This document shows, piece by piece, positions 10,326-20,130 of a stretch of 64,000 nt of DNA. A program made the translations under genes and the position numbers. The notes beneath the pieces were generated by a model. The model searched no databases, was not told the DNA's origin, and saw only the letters and a list, made by a program, of their open reading frames with translations. Within the stretch, counting starts at the first letter, position 1. Each line of letters starts with the position of its first letter. This DNA is from a virus, in the IMG/VR virus record IMGVR_UViG_3300025141_016680, positions 1-64,000 of that record. One strand, given 5' to 3'.

Positions 10326-10823
10326 CTATCCAATAGTGAAGATAGTTAGACCCAATTTCTTACCAGCTATCCTAAGCTTAGGTACATTGTATGTAATCTC
10401 TATCTCAATTTTTGCTATTCCCTCATCCGGTAAAAGATCAAGCTCAACACTTGATCCTGCAATTCGATAAAATTTTGAATCAAAGGTTTCTAGCTCTACA
10501 AAGGGCATAAATTTACCAGCTGTCTGATTAATTCTCATCATTGCCTCTGCATCAAAAGAATCTTTAGCAACAAGCTCTGTTGTGAGCTCTCTAAGATTTG
10601 CACCAAAATCATATCTTCCCAGCCTCTCACCATTATTTGTCATGATTAAATTTCTAAGATTATCATGAATTGCATCGGGAAGATTGAAGTGCATCTTAAA
10701 TAGACCGGATCGACCTGTGCCGAGCTCCAGAGGAGTCTTAATTCCAATCGGAACAGGGCTTCGAGTTCTAGTAAATTTTCTCGCTGTGGTCTTGTTGCCG
10801 ACACTCTTAAAGCTTATAGCCAT
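10326..10823 (-). CDS. Baseplate gp25/GPW-like protein
   Basis: IHDNLRNLIMTNNGERLGRYDFGANL is the gp25-family signature. Directly upstream of the wedge gene. Confidence 0.88.
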   Translation of the reverse strand: MAISFKSVGNKTTARKFTRTRSPVPIGIKTPLELGTGRSGLFKMHFNLPDAIHDNLRNLIMTNNGERLGRYDFGANLRELTTELVAKDSFDAEAMMRINQTAGKFMPFVELETFDSKFYRIAGSSVELDLLPDEGIAKIEIEITYNVPKLRIAGKKLGLTIFTIG

Positions 10824-10836
10824 GGTGAACCCTCAG

Positions 10837-10846
10837 AATAAATATA
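10837..10846 (-). promoter_or_regulatory. Candidate late-promoter element TATATTTATT
   Basis: Lies 13 nt upstream of the gp25-like ATG. Related motifs precede the fibre operon and the tubulin gene. Confidence 0.4.
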
Positions 10847-11007
10847 GTGACTTAAGAAAATCTAACAACCTACTTGTATGAAAGCTATATTCTAAATTGC
10901 TATTTTGAGAATACTGTATGTCATTTGATTATAATCATATAATTTAGATTTAAACTATATAAGCGGCTCAACAACAGCACCCACTGCAGAAGTCTGGACT
11001 TTAACAA

Positions 11008-12006
11008 TTACTTTATTTGTTGCGTCACTGTTGGTGGAATTGAAGGAATATATGCGACGCCGGTTGGTGTTGGTATTGTTTCGTTTGGAGATACAAATGG
11101 AAATCCTGTTCCGGATAGTTTTGTAAAAAAAGCTGTAACAGTTGTTTTTTCAACAGCACTTGTAATTGCTTCTGCTATATCAGTTCCAATTTTAGATAAA
11201 GAAGGAGACGGCGGTATAGAATTTTGCTTCATGTCATTGTGTAATTTTGTAAACATTTCTAATTGAGCAGCTGGAGGCATCACAACCAATGCATTAACAG
11301 AAATATACCCCCCTTGACTCTCTGACCAGCTTGATAGTGACTCAATATACGAGCCGAATCCAGGTCTTATGAATACAGTCCTGTCTTCGGTCTCAGATTC
11401 ACCCAGTGTTTCTCCTGTTTCCAAATTGAAACTTTGTAATATTTCTATATCTTCTATTAAAACGCCACCTTCAATATTGACATCTAGATTTCTATCTCTA
11501 TTTTCTACAATTTCCACTACTGCATCTTCAAATCGATTTATTTCATCTGTATTAGCTGCTGTGCCTAAAGAAAAAACAGGGAGTCCATATGCTCCAAATC
11601 CAGATGTCCCTGGATCTGTAAATGAGGCAACTAAAGATGCCTCTAAAGAGACTCTCTGCTCCACAGTATCAAAGCTTCGTGCTGTAGGAAATAAAGGTAT
11701 TGCAGATAGTTCGCTTCCGACAGGTAAGAGAGGTGGGGGTAAAAGACCCCCAGAAAATGTCATATCCTCATCGACGGTCGGAACAGCCGAAGGAACGCCA
11801 GGTGGGGGTGGTGTCGGCGGAACTTTTATTGGAGATATAATTCTTCCAACCTGATCGACATCAATTTGTGCAAGCTTTACAAAAGAAAACAAAGCGTCAA
11901 CAATCTCTTTGGCAACATCGAAATAATCCATTTCATTATTTATATCAGATGCTTTTTGAAAAATCTCTTCAAGTGAATTAGCTAGATCTTGTGTGTTGAG
12001 CGACAT
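11008..12006 (-). CDS. Hypothetical acidic, proline-rich baseplate-associated protein
   Basis: 332-aa ORF directly downstream of the gp5-like gene, with a PPTPPPPGVP tract. Confidence 0.65.
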   Translation of the reverse strand: MSLNTQDLANSLEEIFQKASDINNEMDYFDVAKEIVDALFSFVKLAQIDVDQVGRIISPIKVPPTPPPPGVPSAVPTVDEDMTFSGGLLPPPLLPVGSELSAIPLFPTARSFDTVEQRVSLEASLVASFTDPGTSGFGAYGLPVFSLGTAANTDEINRFEDAVVEIVENRDRNLDVNIEGGVLIEDIEILQSFNLETGETLGESETEDRTVFIRPGFGSYIESLSSWSESQGGYISVNALVVMPPAAQLEMFTKLHNDMKQNSIPPSPSLSKIGTDIAEAITSAVEKTTVTAFFTKLSGTGFPFVSPNETIPTPTGVAYIPSIPPTVTQQIK

Positions 12007-12007
12007 A

Positions 12008-13420
12008 TCACTTTATCTTTCCGATAGTGCTTAAATTTACTTTTGCCTCAAGCTCTATAATTAGGGTGCTTGTCGCTGTTAGAAAAGAAGGATTTAAGAC
12101 TCCTGGGCCCACGCCTGTCGATACAAAGGCCGGAGCAGCAACTACTAACTCTTTTAAAAATGCAAGAAGTTTTTTGTTAAGAGTGTCACCCAAAACAATT
12201 GGCTCTGTTGCACCTCGGCCTATCTGTGTCTGATTATTAATTCCTGATCCTATCACTATCTTGGGACCATCAATCATGATGGTTCCATCGTTTAGCATTG
12301 TAATCACAGCTCGATCGCTATCAGCATCACCCTCCTTGACAATTCTTACACTTCCATCCTTTCTACTGATAATTCGAATCTGATCTGATTTTGAAACAAC
12401 ATACGCATCCTGGGACACCGGGCTTACATCTGAACCCGTGCCGGTATCTGGGTATTGTAGATTAAAATTTGTGTCGCCATCTGTCTTCATCGACACATAG
12501 ATTCGAGAGGAATCTGTCTCGAAATTAGGGTCTCCCTCAGAGAGAATTTCCGAAACTGGAGGTTTTGTAATACTGGGTGATTTATTTGTCTCAGTGTACC
12601 CTCTTGTGTTTGGAATGGTGTTTGGGTTAGTTCTTGGTGTGGCACCATCCTGACCTCGACCTGCAACTATATCGATTGTTCCCTTTCCGGTGATAGATTT
12701 ATCGTTAGTATACGCGTCTCCTGTTCTATCTTCTCCCAGAGAAATCAAGGCATTATTTGAACCCTGTAGCACGAGATCAGAGCATCTTTTTGTAAATCTT
12801 GGTACTGGCTCACCCACAAACTGACGACTGTAGGTTATAGAAGATCCTGGCTCTTTAGAGTCTATTATTCCCTTATATGGATCCAGTCCGTTCACTCTAT
12901 TGTTAGCGCTGTCTTCATTCGGCCCCAGTGGAAACTCAACCTCGTCTAAAGACAGATCTGAATTATTATAAGTGGGTGATCTATCTCGATGAGTAAAGTT
13001 TATATCTTCTGCAACAAGATCTGCTGTTATTCTACCGACCCAATATCCTGTTTCTGATAGATCACCGGTTGGGTATAGGACCCAAACCTGCTCTCCGGGT
13101 TTAACAGGTAGGCATACGTGAGGAGAGAAGAACGGATAAAAGATTCGTAACTCACCTTGTCTTGATACCATCCGGGCAACAATACAGTTTCTAGGTATCG
13201 ATGGAGCAATCTCTACATTCTGAATATTGGGAGCATTCTCCACTATGTAATTAAATTGCTCACTATTGGACGGATTTGATATAAACTCTGTCACAATTGC
13301 GATGTGAAATAGACCCGGACCTCCGAATTGACCCCAATGACGACGTTCACGTGACCTATCCTTTTCACCCAGTCCCCCTTGCGAAAGAAAATCTCTTAAA
13401 CGATCATCACTCATGATCAA
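12008..13420 (-). CDS. Baseplate hub/spike protein (gp5/gpV-like)
   Basis: OB-fold-like YPFFSPHVCLPVKPGEQVWV...GYWVGRI, SDLVLQGSNNALISLG, and C-terminal EPIVLGDTL. Baseplate context. Confidence 0.65.
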   Translation of the reverse strand: MIMSDDRLRDFLSQGGLGEKDRSRERRHWGQFGGPGLFHIAIVTEFISNPSNSEQFNYIVENAPNIQNVEIAPSIPRNCIVARMVSRQGELRIFYPFFSPHVCLPVKPGEQVWVLYPTGDLSETGYWVGRITADLVAEDINFTHRDRSPTYNNSDLSLDEVEFPLGPNEDSANNRVNGLDPYKGIIDSKEPGSSITYSRQFVGEPVPRFTKRCSDLVLQGSNNALISLGEDRTGDAYTNDKSITGKGTIDIVAGRGQDGATPRTNPNTIPNTRGYTETNKSPSITKPPVSEILSEGDPNFETDSSRIYVSMKTDGDTNFNLQYPDTGTGSDVSPVSQDAYVVSKSDQIRIISRKDGSVRIVKEGDADSDRAVITMLNDGTIMIDGPKIVIGSGINNQTQIGRGATEPIVLGDTLNKKLLAFLKELVVAAPAFVSTGVGPGVLNPSFLTATSTLIIELEAKVNLSTIGKIK

Positions 13421-13776
13421 GTTCCTATTTGATCAAAGATTTCATTCATGTCAAAGGACTTTTCCTCTTCCTTTGCTATTAACTCTGCCAGCTTAAGAAT
13501 TTGATCATTTGTCTTGCACATTCTCTCAAGATATTTTGACATGATAGGTCCAAACACTGCATGCTGTGCAGAGCTTCCCTTTGTCTCAATTAGTAAATCT
13601 GTAAAGAGAATATTTGCCTTCTCTCTATCATCGAGAGCATTCTCATAGACCTCTTTCCACAATAGCTTCTTTCTCTCCTCAGTGTTTTCAAGAGAGTCCA
13701 GAAGATCACAGAAACGATCTATCTTTTTTTCCTTGTTTTCGACCTTATCAAGTAGGTCTTCAACTGCTTTTGCCAA
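13417..13776 (-). CDS. Hypothetical helical protein
   Basis: 119-aa ORF overlapping the next gene by 4 nt. Confidence 0.7.
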   Translation of the reverse strand: MAKAVEDLLDKVENKEKKIDRFCDLLDSLENTEERKKLLWKEVYENALDDREKANILFTDLLIETKGSSAQHAVFGPIMSKYLERMCKTNDQILKLAELIAKEEEKSFDMNEIFDQIGT

Positions 13777-13784
13777 GTGTCACC

Positions 13785-14543
13785 TCAAAAAATATCAAAA
13801 TCCCCTGTCTTAACTAGGTCCTTATAATGTTTTCGAATAACAGACATGGCAACTGAAAGCTGCTTTGGATTCAAGTCAGATAAATCTCTCATGTAGACAA
13901 AAACAGCCCGTTTATTAAGCAGGTCAAGCTCTTCAATACTTTTGAATAGTGTAATGATTGCATCCATACAGGACAATTCATTTTCACCCGTTAGTTTCCT
14001 TCTTATTTCTTCCATCATCATGAATAGATTTTGAAGTGATTCTTCTTTTAATATTGACTCATCTTGGGGAGGAACAGTTTGATGTGTCTCTATTGTGCTC
14101 ATATCTCCATTTGACAGTGATGCAGTATCATCAATGCTAACATGGCGCCTGTTATTTTTTGTCTTCTTTTTGCTCTGAATGATCAGCCAGTTCTTTGCAA
14201 CAACATTAAAATATGAAAATGCCTTGGTTCCTCGCGAGGGATCAAACTTGTTAAGTGTCTCATATAGGAATGTTACGCAGTCATTTTTAAGGTCCTCATA
14301 CGAGCCGTGAGGCTTTGCGAATCCATGAATGAAAATTAAATTTTCTGCTAGCTTGTTAAAAGCCGGCAAAATTTCATCAATGTAAATTTTCTCTTTCTCG
14401 CTTTCAGATTCTGAATTTTGAAACTGGACAATGGCGTCATGAGTACCAGCATGAAAATACAGCTTAACTGTGGATTTAGATTTTCCCCTTCTTCGTCTTC
14501 TTCTAATTTTTTTCTCAGCCATTTTAATCGTTTTCCTCCTCAA
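13785..14543 (-). CDS. Phage sigma factor, region 2 only (T4 gp55-like late sigma)
   Basis: YEDLKNDCVTFLYETLNKFDPSRGTKAFSYFNVVAKNWLI matches sigma-70 regions 2.2-2.4. No recognisable region-4 HTH. The true start may be at MAEKKIRRRRRR. Confidence 0.72.
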   Translation of the reverse strand: MRRKTIKMAEKKIRRRRRRGKSKSTVKLYFHAGTHDAIVQFQNSESESEKEKIYIDEILPAFNKLAENLIFIHGFAKPHGSYEDLKNDCVTFLYETLNKFDPSRGTKAFSYFNVVAKNWLIIQSKKKTKNNRRHVSIDDTASLSNGDMSTIETHQTVPPQDESILKEESLQNLFMMMEEIRRKLTGENELSCMDAIITLFKSIEELDLLNKRAVFVYMRDLSDLNPKQLSVAMSVIRKHYKDLVKTGDFDIF

Positions 14544-14817
14544 TGACAGTCATATTTCTCGCGACCTTTAGCACAGAGTCTCGACATCTTCTAATGTCTG
14601 ACATGACCTGCCTTACTTCAACGGAGTCAAAAAAGATAGGCTTTTGTAAAATTTCACTTATTGAAGAATATCTTTTATCAAGCTCATCAAGAGATTCTTC
14701 AATTGAATCCTGCACGCTCAGTATGAACATGGCGTGCTTATAGTTAAAGTAGAGAGACACAACAAGCAGTGTGGCAGTCACCGGAACTAGTATCGTTAGC
14801 GCTATTAGTGGATCCAA
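14524..14817 (-). CDS. Small protein with an N-terminal TM helix and coiled coil
   Basis: Hydrophobic PLIALTILVPVTATLLVVSLYF. A TTG start at 14817, just past the upstream stop, is preferred to the ORF-track start at 14862. Confidence 0.6.
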   Translation of the reverse strand: MDPLIALTILVPVTATLLVVSLYFNYKHAMFILSVQDSIEESLDELDKRYSSISEILQKPIFFDSVEVRQVMSDIRRCRDSVLKVARNMTVIEEEND

Positions 14818-14821
14818 AGGT

Positions 14822-15991
14822 TCACCCAATGTGGCTATTATAAAAATTATTGTACTTTTCAATCACAGCACTTAGTGAGAACTCTGCACGGACTCGTCTA
14901 GACAGGTCTTCCGCCCACTGCTTAGGCAGCTGATGTTTATTTCTAAACTTTTTAACTTTTACTTTGAAATCTTGCTCATTAGGATCTGCCCACTTCATCC
15001 CTGGTAAAAATATCCTGTTATCTACACGATTTTCTGGTATCTCTATTAGATTATACTTTATAGGAATAAACTTTCCTAGATTTAAAAAGTCTAAGTGACC
15101 TGACCAGTTTGTTGCCATTACAGGAATACCTGAAGCTGCTGCCTCGACAAGAGGAAGGCCGAAGCCCTCACCTCGTGTTAAACTAATTAAGCACTTTACG
15201 TCAGGGCGCTTATAGATTCCTGCCATTTCGTCAGGCGATAGGTTTCCATGTATAAGGTGAATCTTTGGAAAGTCTCCCTGTCTAACCTCAGAGAGGATGC
15301 TCTTAAGTGTATTCTTTGTAATAGTTCTATCGATCATTGTTCCACGACCATGATTTGCTTTTACTATTAGACCCACACTTGGATCATCAGCAAATGCCTC
15401 ACAAAACCACTTAATGGTTAAGAATATATTCTTTCTATCGTTCCAGGGATCAGATCCGGTGAATTGACCCACTAATAAAAAGTTAAAATCAGTATCTATT
15501 GTGGGAACTTCTAGTTCAGGAATGGATTCATTATCAATTGATTCAATATAGCTTTCTGGTATTACGTGGACTCTTGTCGATGGTGAACCAGTTCTCATTA
15601 TTGTCTGGCGGGCGTGGTTGGTTGGAACTATTACTTCATCCATCGTGTTCATTCTCTTGATCCACTCCGGATTACAAACATCTGTTTCAACTACAGCAGA
15701 CATTCCAACATTTTTATTTGCAAATCTTGGATCCCACTCATCTGGAAGCTGTAGCTGGAATGACACATCAAACTTCTGATCCTTAAGATCAATTGTTCTA
15801 TCCATTATTCTTCCAACAAGCCCATCCTCAAAATCAGAATTTACCATCCAGCTGGTGTCACCCCAATTTAAAACTTGAACAAATGTTTCTATATCGTGTC
15901 GTGACTCAAGCCATCTAAAAACCTGCCTTGAATGAACACCATACCCGCTTATTGATAGTGCAGGTGCACGCAGAAGTACTTTCTTTTTCAA
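14822..15991 (-). CDS. Glycosyltransferase, GT4-like (GT-B)
   Basis: SGYGVHSR, RKNI, and the Ex7E motif in TRGEGFGLPLVEAAASGIPVMATNWSGHLDF. Confidence 0.9.
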   Translation of the reverse strand: MKKKVLLRAPALSISGYGVHSRQVFRWLESRHDIETFVQVLNWGDTSWMVNSDFEDGLVGRIMDRTIDLKDQKFDVSFQLQLPDEWDPRFANKNVGMSAVVETDVCNPEWIKRMNTMDEVIVPTNHARQTIMRTGSPSTRVHVIPESYIESIDNESIPELEVPTIDTDFNFLLVGQFTGSDPWNDRKNIFLTIKWFCEAFADDPSVGLIVKANHGRGTMIDRTITKNTLKSILSEVRQGDFPKIHLIHGNLSPDEMAGIYKRPDVKCLISLTRGEGFGLPLVEAAASGIPVMATNWSGHLDFLNLGKFIPIKYNLIEIPENRVDNRIFLPGMKWADPNEQDFKVKVKKFRNKHQLPKQWAEDLSRRVRAEFSLSAVIEKYNNFYNSHIG

Positions 15992-16006
15992 TTTTTTCTC
16001 CAGAGA

Positions 16007-17257
16007 CTAAAAGGAAAAACTTTGCCATCTCTTATAGACGTTTTTCCAATTTTGATGTAAAGAAGTAAGTGTATTATGCCAATCATCAATTGTCTTACTA
16101 TAGGCAAATTCTGATATTGCATACTCTCTCACCTTTTTCTTAAGCTTTCTTCGATCCATGTCATCAAGATCGTAAATTTTCATTATTCCATCGGCGATGG
16201 TTTCACAGGAAACATAATCCTCATAAATGTAGGGCACCTGTTGCGAGCCAACCAGGGTTTGAAGCTCAATATCAAGTGCAGCACCATTATGCGTGCCATC
16301 GCGATGATCGACAACCTGCCTTGTAAGGCCGCCTGTTTTAGCCGCAACCATTGGTACACCAGCTTGCATCCCTTCGAGTGTTGGAAGGCCAAAACCCTCT
16401 GCGTAGCTAACATTTAGACAAAAATCTGAAATGTTATAAAGGACATTCATCTTTTCAAACTCCAGTCTTTCTCTTGAGTAGAAAATATTATCTTGAATGC
16501 CAAGCATTTCTGAAGCTGAAAATAGATTGGGCCCTTCTTGATCAGTTGGTTCTGTGTGCATTATTAGTGTCGCCTTTCTATGCCCGTGCTTCTTTTCAAG
16601 ATTATCTAGAAATATTTTCCAGGCCCAGAGAACATCGTTGGGCCTTTTTCTCTTTGCATTTCTATTTACCCAAATTCCAACAAAATGGTCCTCTCGATCC
16701 TTACCAATTATTGACTTCTTGTAATTGGACTTATTTTCAGAAGGTAGTGGATAAAACATCTCATCAGGAACAGCGTGAGGTACGAAATTTGTTTTTTCAG
16801 GAAAATGCTCGCTGACCATCTCGTAAGTCAAATGAGAGTGACAGTTTATAAGATCAGTTGCTTCATATATTGGCTGATTAAAAGACGGGTATGGGTAATT
16901 GTCCCAGACGTGCCACCATGCTATTGGGCACACCTGGTGAACCTCATCTTCCATCTCAAATAGCCATATGAAAAATCTAGGATCTGTAAATATTAGAAGA
17001 ATATCAGGCTTTTCAGTGGCCAGAGTCATTCTAATTGTCTCTCTATCACCAAATCCATCAATTGGTTTAATGATAAAATCATCATTTACCACCACTGTTC
17101 TATAGTCTGAATGCTTTAGTGCTGCTCCAAACTGACGAAACGTCCATTGACCCTTTTTATTCTCAAGAAGCCCATTAATCAGATGTCGAGTTTGAGTTCC
17201 AACTCCAGACGTCGAAAGAGCATGATCAGATAATACAAGTACCTTCTTTTTTGACAT
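16007..17257 (-). CDS. Glycosyltransferase, GT4-like
   Basis: VNRNAKRKR and SYAEGFGLPTLEGMQAGVPMVAAKTGG. Confidence 0.9.
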   Translation of the reverse strand: MSKKKVLVLSDHALSTSGVGTQTRHLINGLLENKKGQWTFRQFGAALKHSDYRTVVVNDDFIIKPIDGFGDRETIRMTLATEKPDILLIFTDPRFFIWLFEMEDEVHQVCPIAWWHVWDNYPYPSFNQPIYEATDLINCHSHLTYEMVSEHFPEKTNFVPHAVPDEMFYPLPSENKSNYKKSIIGKDREDHFVGIWVNRNAKRKRPNDVLWAWKIFLDNLEKKHGHRKATLIMHTEPTDQEGPNLFSASEMLGIQDNIFYSRERLEFEKMNVLYNISDFCLNVSYAEGFGLPTLEGMQAGVPMVAAKTGGLTRQVVDHRDGTHNGAALDIELQTLVGSQQVPYIYEDYVSCETIADGIMKIYDLDDMDRRKLKKKVREYAISEFAYSKTIDDWHNTLTSLHQNWKNVYKRWQSFSF

Positions 17258-17274
17258 TTAGTATCTCCACTGAA

Positions 17275-17302
17275 ATATTACTGCTGAGAAAGCCCCAGTA
17301 AA
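17275..17302 (-). promoter_or_regulatory. Candidate sigma70-like promoter TTTACT-16-TAATAT
   Basis: Intergenic, upstream of a GGAG RBS and the ATG at 17257. The same TTTACT hexamer occurs at 61747-61752. Confidence 0.35.
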
Positions 17303-18127
17303 TCAAGTACAGTGAGGTGTATCTAGAAAGTCACAATATTTGCAAGAATTTCTATTTTTAAGAAATAACCCTCTTCTAACAGCTGAGATCATATTTCCTA
17401 CAATTTTATTTGCTCTCTCAAGAGACTTGGGACCAACTGAAACGGGAACTAGTTCGCAAATCTTTCCAAGCTTTCCACCACGCTTTAATAGAATAAACCC
17501 GCACCTGATATCTGTTAAGGGAATTCCGTGCTTTCTGGACCAGTAATGCTTATACAGAATAAGCTGTGCTGTCATCAAGATATCCTGCTTTTTATCGCGT
17601 CTCCAGCCCCATGCTCCAGCAGTTTTCCAGTCAAGGATCCAGTACTTCTCCTTTCCACGGCTATCTTTACACTTAATGATTGCATCAATGTATCCCTTGA
17701 AGTTCAGATCCCTGTTTTCAATTGACTCATATAGCATCTCTTCAGCCTCAACAGTCTCCCACTCAGAAAATGTCTCATCTAGAAATCCAGGGACTTCATT
17801 CCACATATTGCTGGCCCACTGGCACCATTCTTCAACAGGGGCATGCTTATACCAGCCAGGTTGATTTTTTACCCACTCAGGATCATCAAACCCGTTTTCT
17901 TTCCAGGCTTTTCTAATATTTTCAAGCAATCTTTCTCTAGGAATTTCTCCTGTCTTTAGAAGCATTTCACATCCTTCGTGGACGTTAGTTCCAAAGTCTA
18001 AAAAAGGTGAAGGCTCAAATGTAGCTATTTTATCAATATGGAGAAGCTTGTGGCGCCACGAACACTCACTCCAGCACTTTACCTCAGAAAAAGATATGTG
18101 CTCTTTGTTGGTTGGAAATAAACTCAT
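17303..18127 (-). CDS. PD-(D/E)XK nuclease, Cas4/AddB-like
   Basis: HISFSEVKCWSEC, FGTNVH, FKGYIDAII, ILDWKT, QLILY and C-terminal CKYCDFLDTPHC (Fe-S staple arrangement). Confidence 0.85.
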   Translation of the reverse strand: MSLFPTNKEHISFSEVKCWSECSWRHKLLHIDKIATFEPSPFLDFGTNVHEGCEMLLKTGEIPRERLLENIRKAWKENGFDDPEWVKNQPGWYKHAPVEEWCQWASNMWNEVPGFLDETFSEWETVEAEEMLYESIENRDLNFKGYIDAIIKCKDSRGKEKYWILDWKTAGAWGWRRDKKQDILMTAQLILYKHYWSRKHGIPLTDIRCGFILLKRGGKLGKICELVPVSVGPKSLERANKIVGNMISAVRRGLFLKNRNSCKYCDFLDTPHCT

Positions 18128-18149
18128 ATTTCTATTATATCACAAAGCA

Positions 18150-18998
18150 TCAATCTTTACTAGTGACAGCACCCTGAATTTCAGCCCAGTCAAAAAAATT
18201 TCGAACCTCTAAGTTTTTATCCCATGCTGCTTTAAGTACTGTTGGTGTAACACCTGCTTCTTCCATCTTATAAATCATAGCATTCAGGTCTTTTGGAAAG
18301 CACTTTCCTCCAAAGCCTAACTGATTGTCATGACCTGGTACATCAAGATGTGAGTTTCCAATTCTGCCATCTGTTATAAATCCCTCAGAGGCATCTTGCC
18401 AATCAAGATCCAAAGCATCACATATCTGCTTCATTTCATTCATAAATGAGATCTTTACTGCAAAAAAACAGTTTGCCATATACTTTATCAGCTGTGCTGT
18501 TCCTGTATCTGTCTTTACCATCCTTTTATGAGGAAATCTTAGCTTGAATAGTGACTCAACAACATTCACATCCTCTTCTTTGCCACCTAGCACAATGCGT
18601 GAAGCATTTATAAAATCCAATCTTGCTGCTCTTTCTGTAAGAAATTCTGGGCTGAATACGATTCTTAAATTGGGGTAAAGTTTTTGATATTTTTCTGTGG
18701 TTCCTGGCACAACAGTTGACTTAATTACAAATATATTATCTTTTCGCTTATTTAATTCATCAATTGTCTTAAATACAGAATCCATGATTGTGAGATCTAT
18801 TCTCCCGCCTGTTTCTGTTAGCATTGGAGTTGGAACACACACAAATATCACGTCTGCACCATTGAGTGTCTCTTCAAGTGTGTGTGTACAGAGGCTTTTA
18901 TCTGTATCATAGATCAAAATTTCATCGACATGAAGTAAAAATCCTGCAACAATTGCAGAACCAACGAATCCATTTCCAATTACACCAATAGTAGACAT
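18150..18998 (-). CDS. ugd: UDP-glucose/GDP-mannose dehydrogenase family, short form lacking the C-terminal domain
   Basis: GVIGNGFVG, FVCVPTP, IKSTVVPGTT, SPEFLTE, LIKYMAN, GFGGKCFPKD. Confidence 0.85.
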   Translation of the reverse strand: MSTIGVIGNGFVGSAIVAGFLLHVDEILIYDTDKSLCTHTLEETLNGADVIFVCVPTPMLTETGGRIDLTIMDSVFKTIDELNKRKDNIFVIKSTVVPGTTEKYQKLYPNLRIVFSPEFLTERAARLDFINASRIVLGGKEEDVNVVESLFKLRFPHKRMVKTDTGTAQLIKYMANCFFAVKISFMNEMKQICDALDLDWQDASEGFITDGRIGNSHLDVPGHDNQLGFGGKCFPKDLNAMIYKMEEAGVTPTVLKAAWDKNLEVRNFFDWAEIQGAVTSKD

Positions 18999-19292
18999 CT
19001 ATTTCCAGTCTCTAACATTCATATTTTTATCATCGATGAACAGATCATAAACAGGTTTACCAAACTTCAAATCATGATATCTTGCACCCCAGATTGCCAG
19101 CTGTGATTTTGTTAGATCAGACCAGTCTATACCTGTTCCTGTTCCTCGTGCAGTCCAATATATTACAGTATTTCCTTCTTCAAATAGCTTATTTGCCTTC
19201 TCAATATTCTCTTGAAGCGGTATTGCTTTTGCGTAATCTCTGCTCTTGGGAGTCTCACAGATAGTTTCATCAATGTCGATATAGATTATCAT
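18999..19292 (-). CDS. Small HAD-superfamily phosphatase (capsule BcbF-like)
   Basis: DIDETI, YWTARG, GKP..DLFIDDK. Confidence 0.8.
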   Translation of the reverse strand: MIIYIDIDETICETPKSRDYAKAIPLQENIEKANKLFEEGNTVIYWTARGTGTGIDWSDLTKSQLAIWGARYHDLKFGKPVYDLFIDDKNMNVRDWK

Positions 19293-20119
19293 TTTCTCAA
19301 AGTCTTCATTTTGGCAAGCTCTGAACAGGATGGACTTCTTGGACCTCCAGAGCCCATCGACTTTTCAAGATCACGAATGCCCTTAACTAATTTAACTAGA
19401 CCGGATGGCTCTACTGAACTTGACTGGTCCGACCCCCACATACTCCTGTCAAGTGTTACATGTCTTTCTATCCATGTCGCTCCCAGCCCAACTGTCGCAA
19501 ACGTTGTTACAAGACCGTATTCGTGGCCACTGTAGCCTATTTCCTTGGTAGGGTGATTGTTTCTTAACCATGTAATATATGATAGGTTCAACTCCTCAAC
19601 AGGACAAGGGTATGTGGAATTTGTGTGAAAAATAAGATCAGGACATACTTCTGCTGCTGCTTCAACTTGGCTCTCATCACTCATTCCTGTTGAAATCATT
19701 AAATAGTCACAATTTTGACGTGCATACTGACAAAGAGATATATCATTTATCAAAGCAGAAGGTATCTTCATTATACACCCTCTATCAGTGGCATATTGTG
19801 TCATAAAGTCAACTGAATCTCGATCCCACACACTTGAAAACCACTGTATATTTCTAGATTTGCAATACGCATCAATCTCATCAAATTCTTTCTGCCCAAA
19901 TTCAATTCGCCACTTGTAGTCGAGATACGTTATCTCACCCCACGGTGTTTTTCTGATTACACTTTTTTGTGCATCGGGAACACACACATCAGGATTTCTC
20001 TTCTGAAATTTTACATAATCACACCCTGCAACAGAAGCTAGATCTATTAGCTTTTTTGCAATGTCGATATCACCATTGTGATTGATTCCTATCTCTGCAA
20101 TAATATTAACTTTTGACAT
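19289..20119 (-). CDS. neuB: Nonulosonate (sialic-acid-type) synthase, no SAF domain
   Basis: IAEIGINHNGD, VKFQKR, KIPSA, ISTGM, STYP, GYSGHE, IERHVTLDR. Confidence 0.9.
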   Translation of the reverse strand: MSKVNIIAEIGINHNGDIDIAKKLIDLASVAGCDYVKFQKRNPDVCVPDAQKSVIRKTPWGEITYLDYKWRIEFGQKEFDEIDAYCKSRNIQWFSSVWDRDSVDFMTQYATDRGCIMKIPSALINDISLCQYARQNCDYLMISTGMSDESQVEAAAEVCPDLIFHTNSTYPCPVEELNLSYITWLRNNHPTKEIGYSGHEYGLVTTFATVGLGATWIERHVTLDRSMWGSDQSSSVEPSGLVKLVKGIRDLEKSMGSGGPRSPSCSELAKMKTLRK

Positions 20120-20130
20120 TGATATGATTC

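Noticed and set aside
10955-11040. Possible -1 frameshift extension of the 332-aa ORF (NSDATNKVIVKVQTSAVGAVVEPLI*)
   Set aside because: No slippery heptamer or other support was found, and a short open frame like this is expected by chance.
18150-18998. Truncated ugd as a pseudogene
   Set aside because: The catalytic GGxCFPKD and NAD-binding motifs are intact, the ORF ends cleanly, and no remnant of the missing domain follows.
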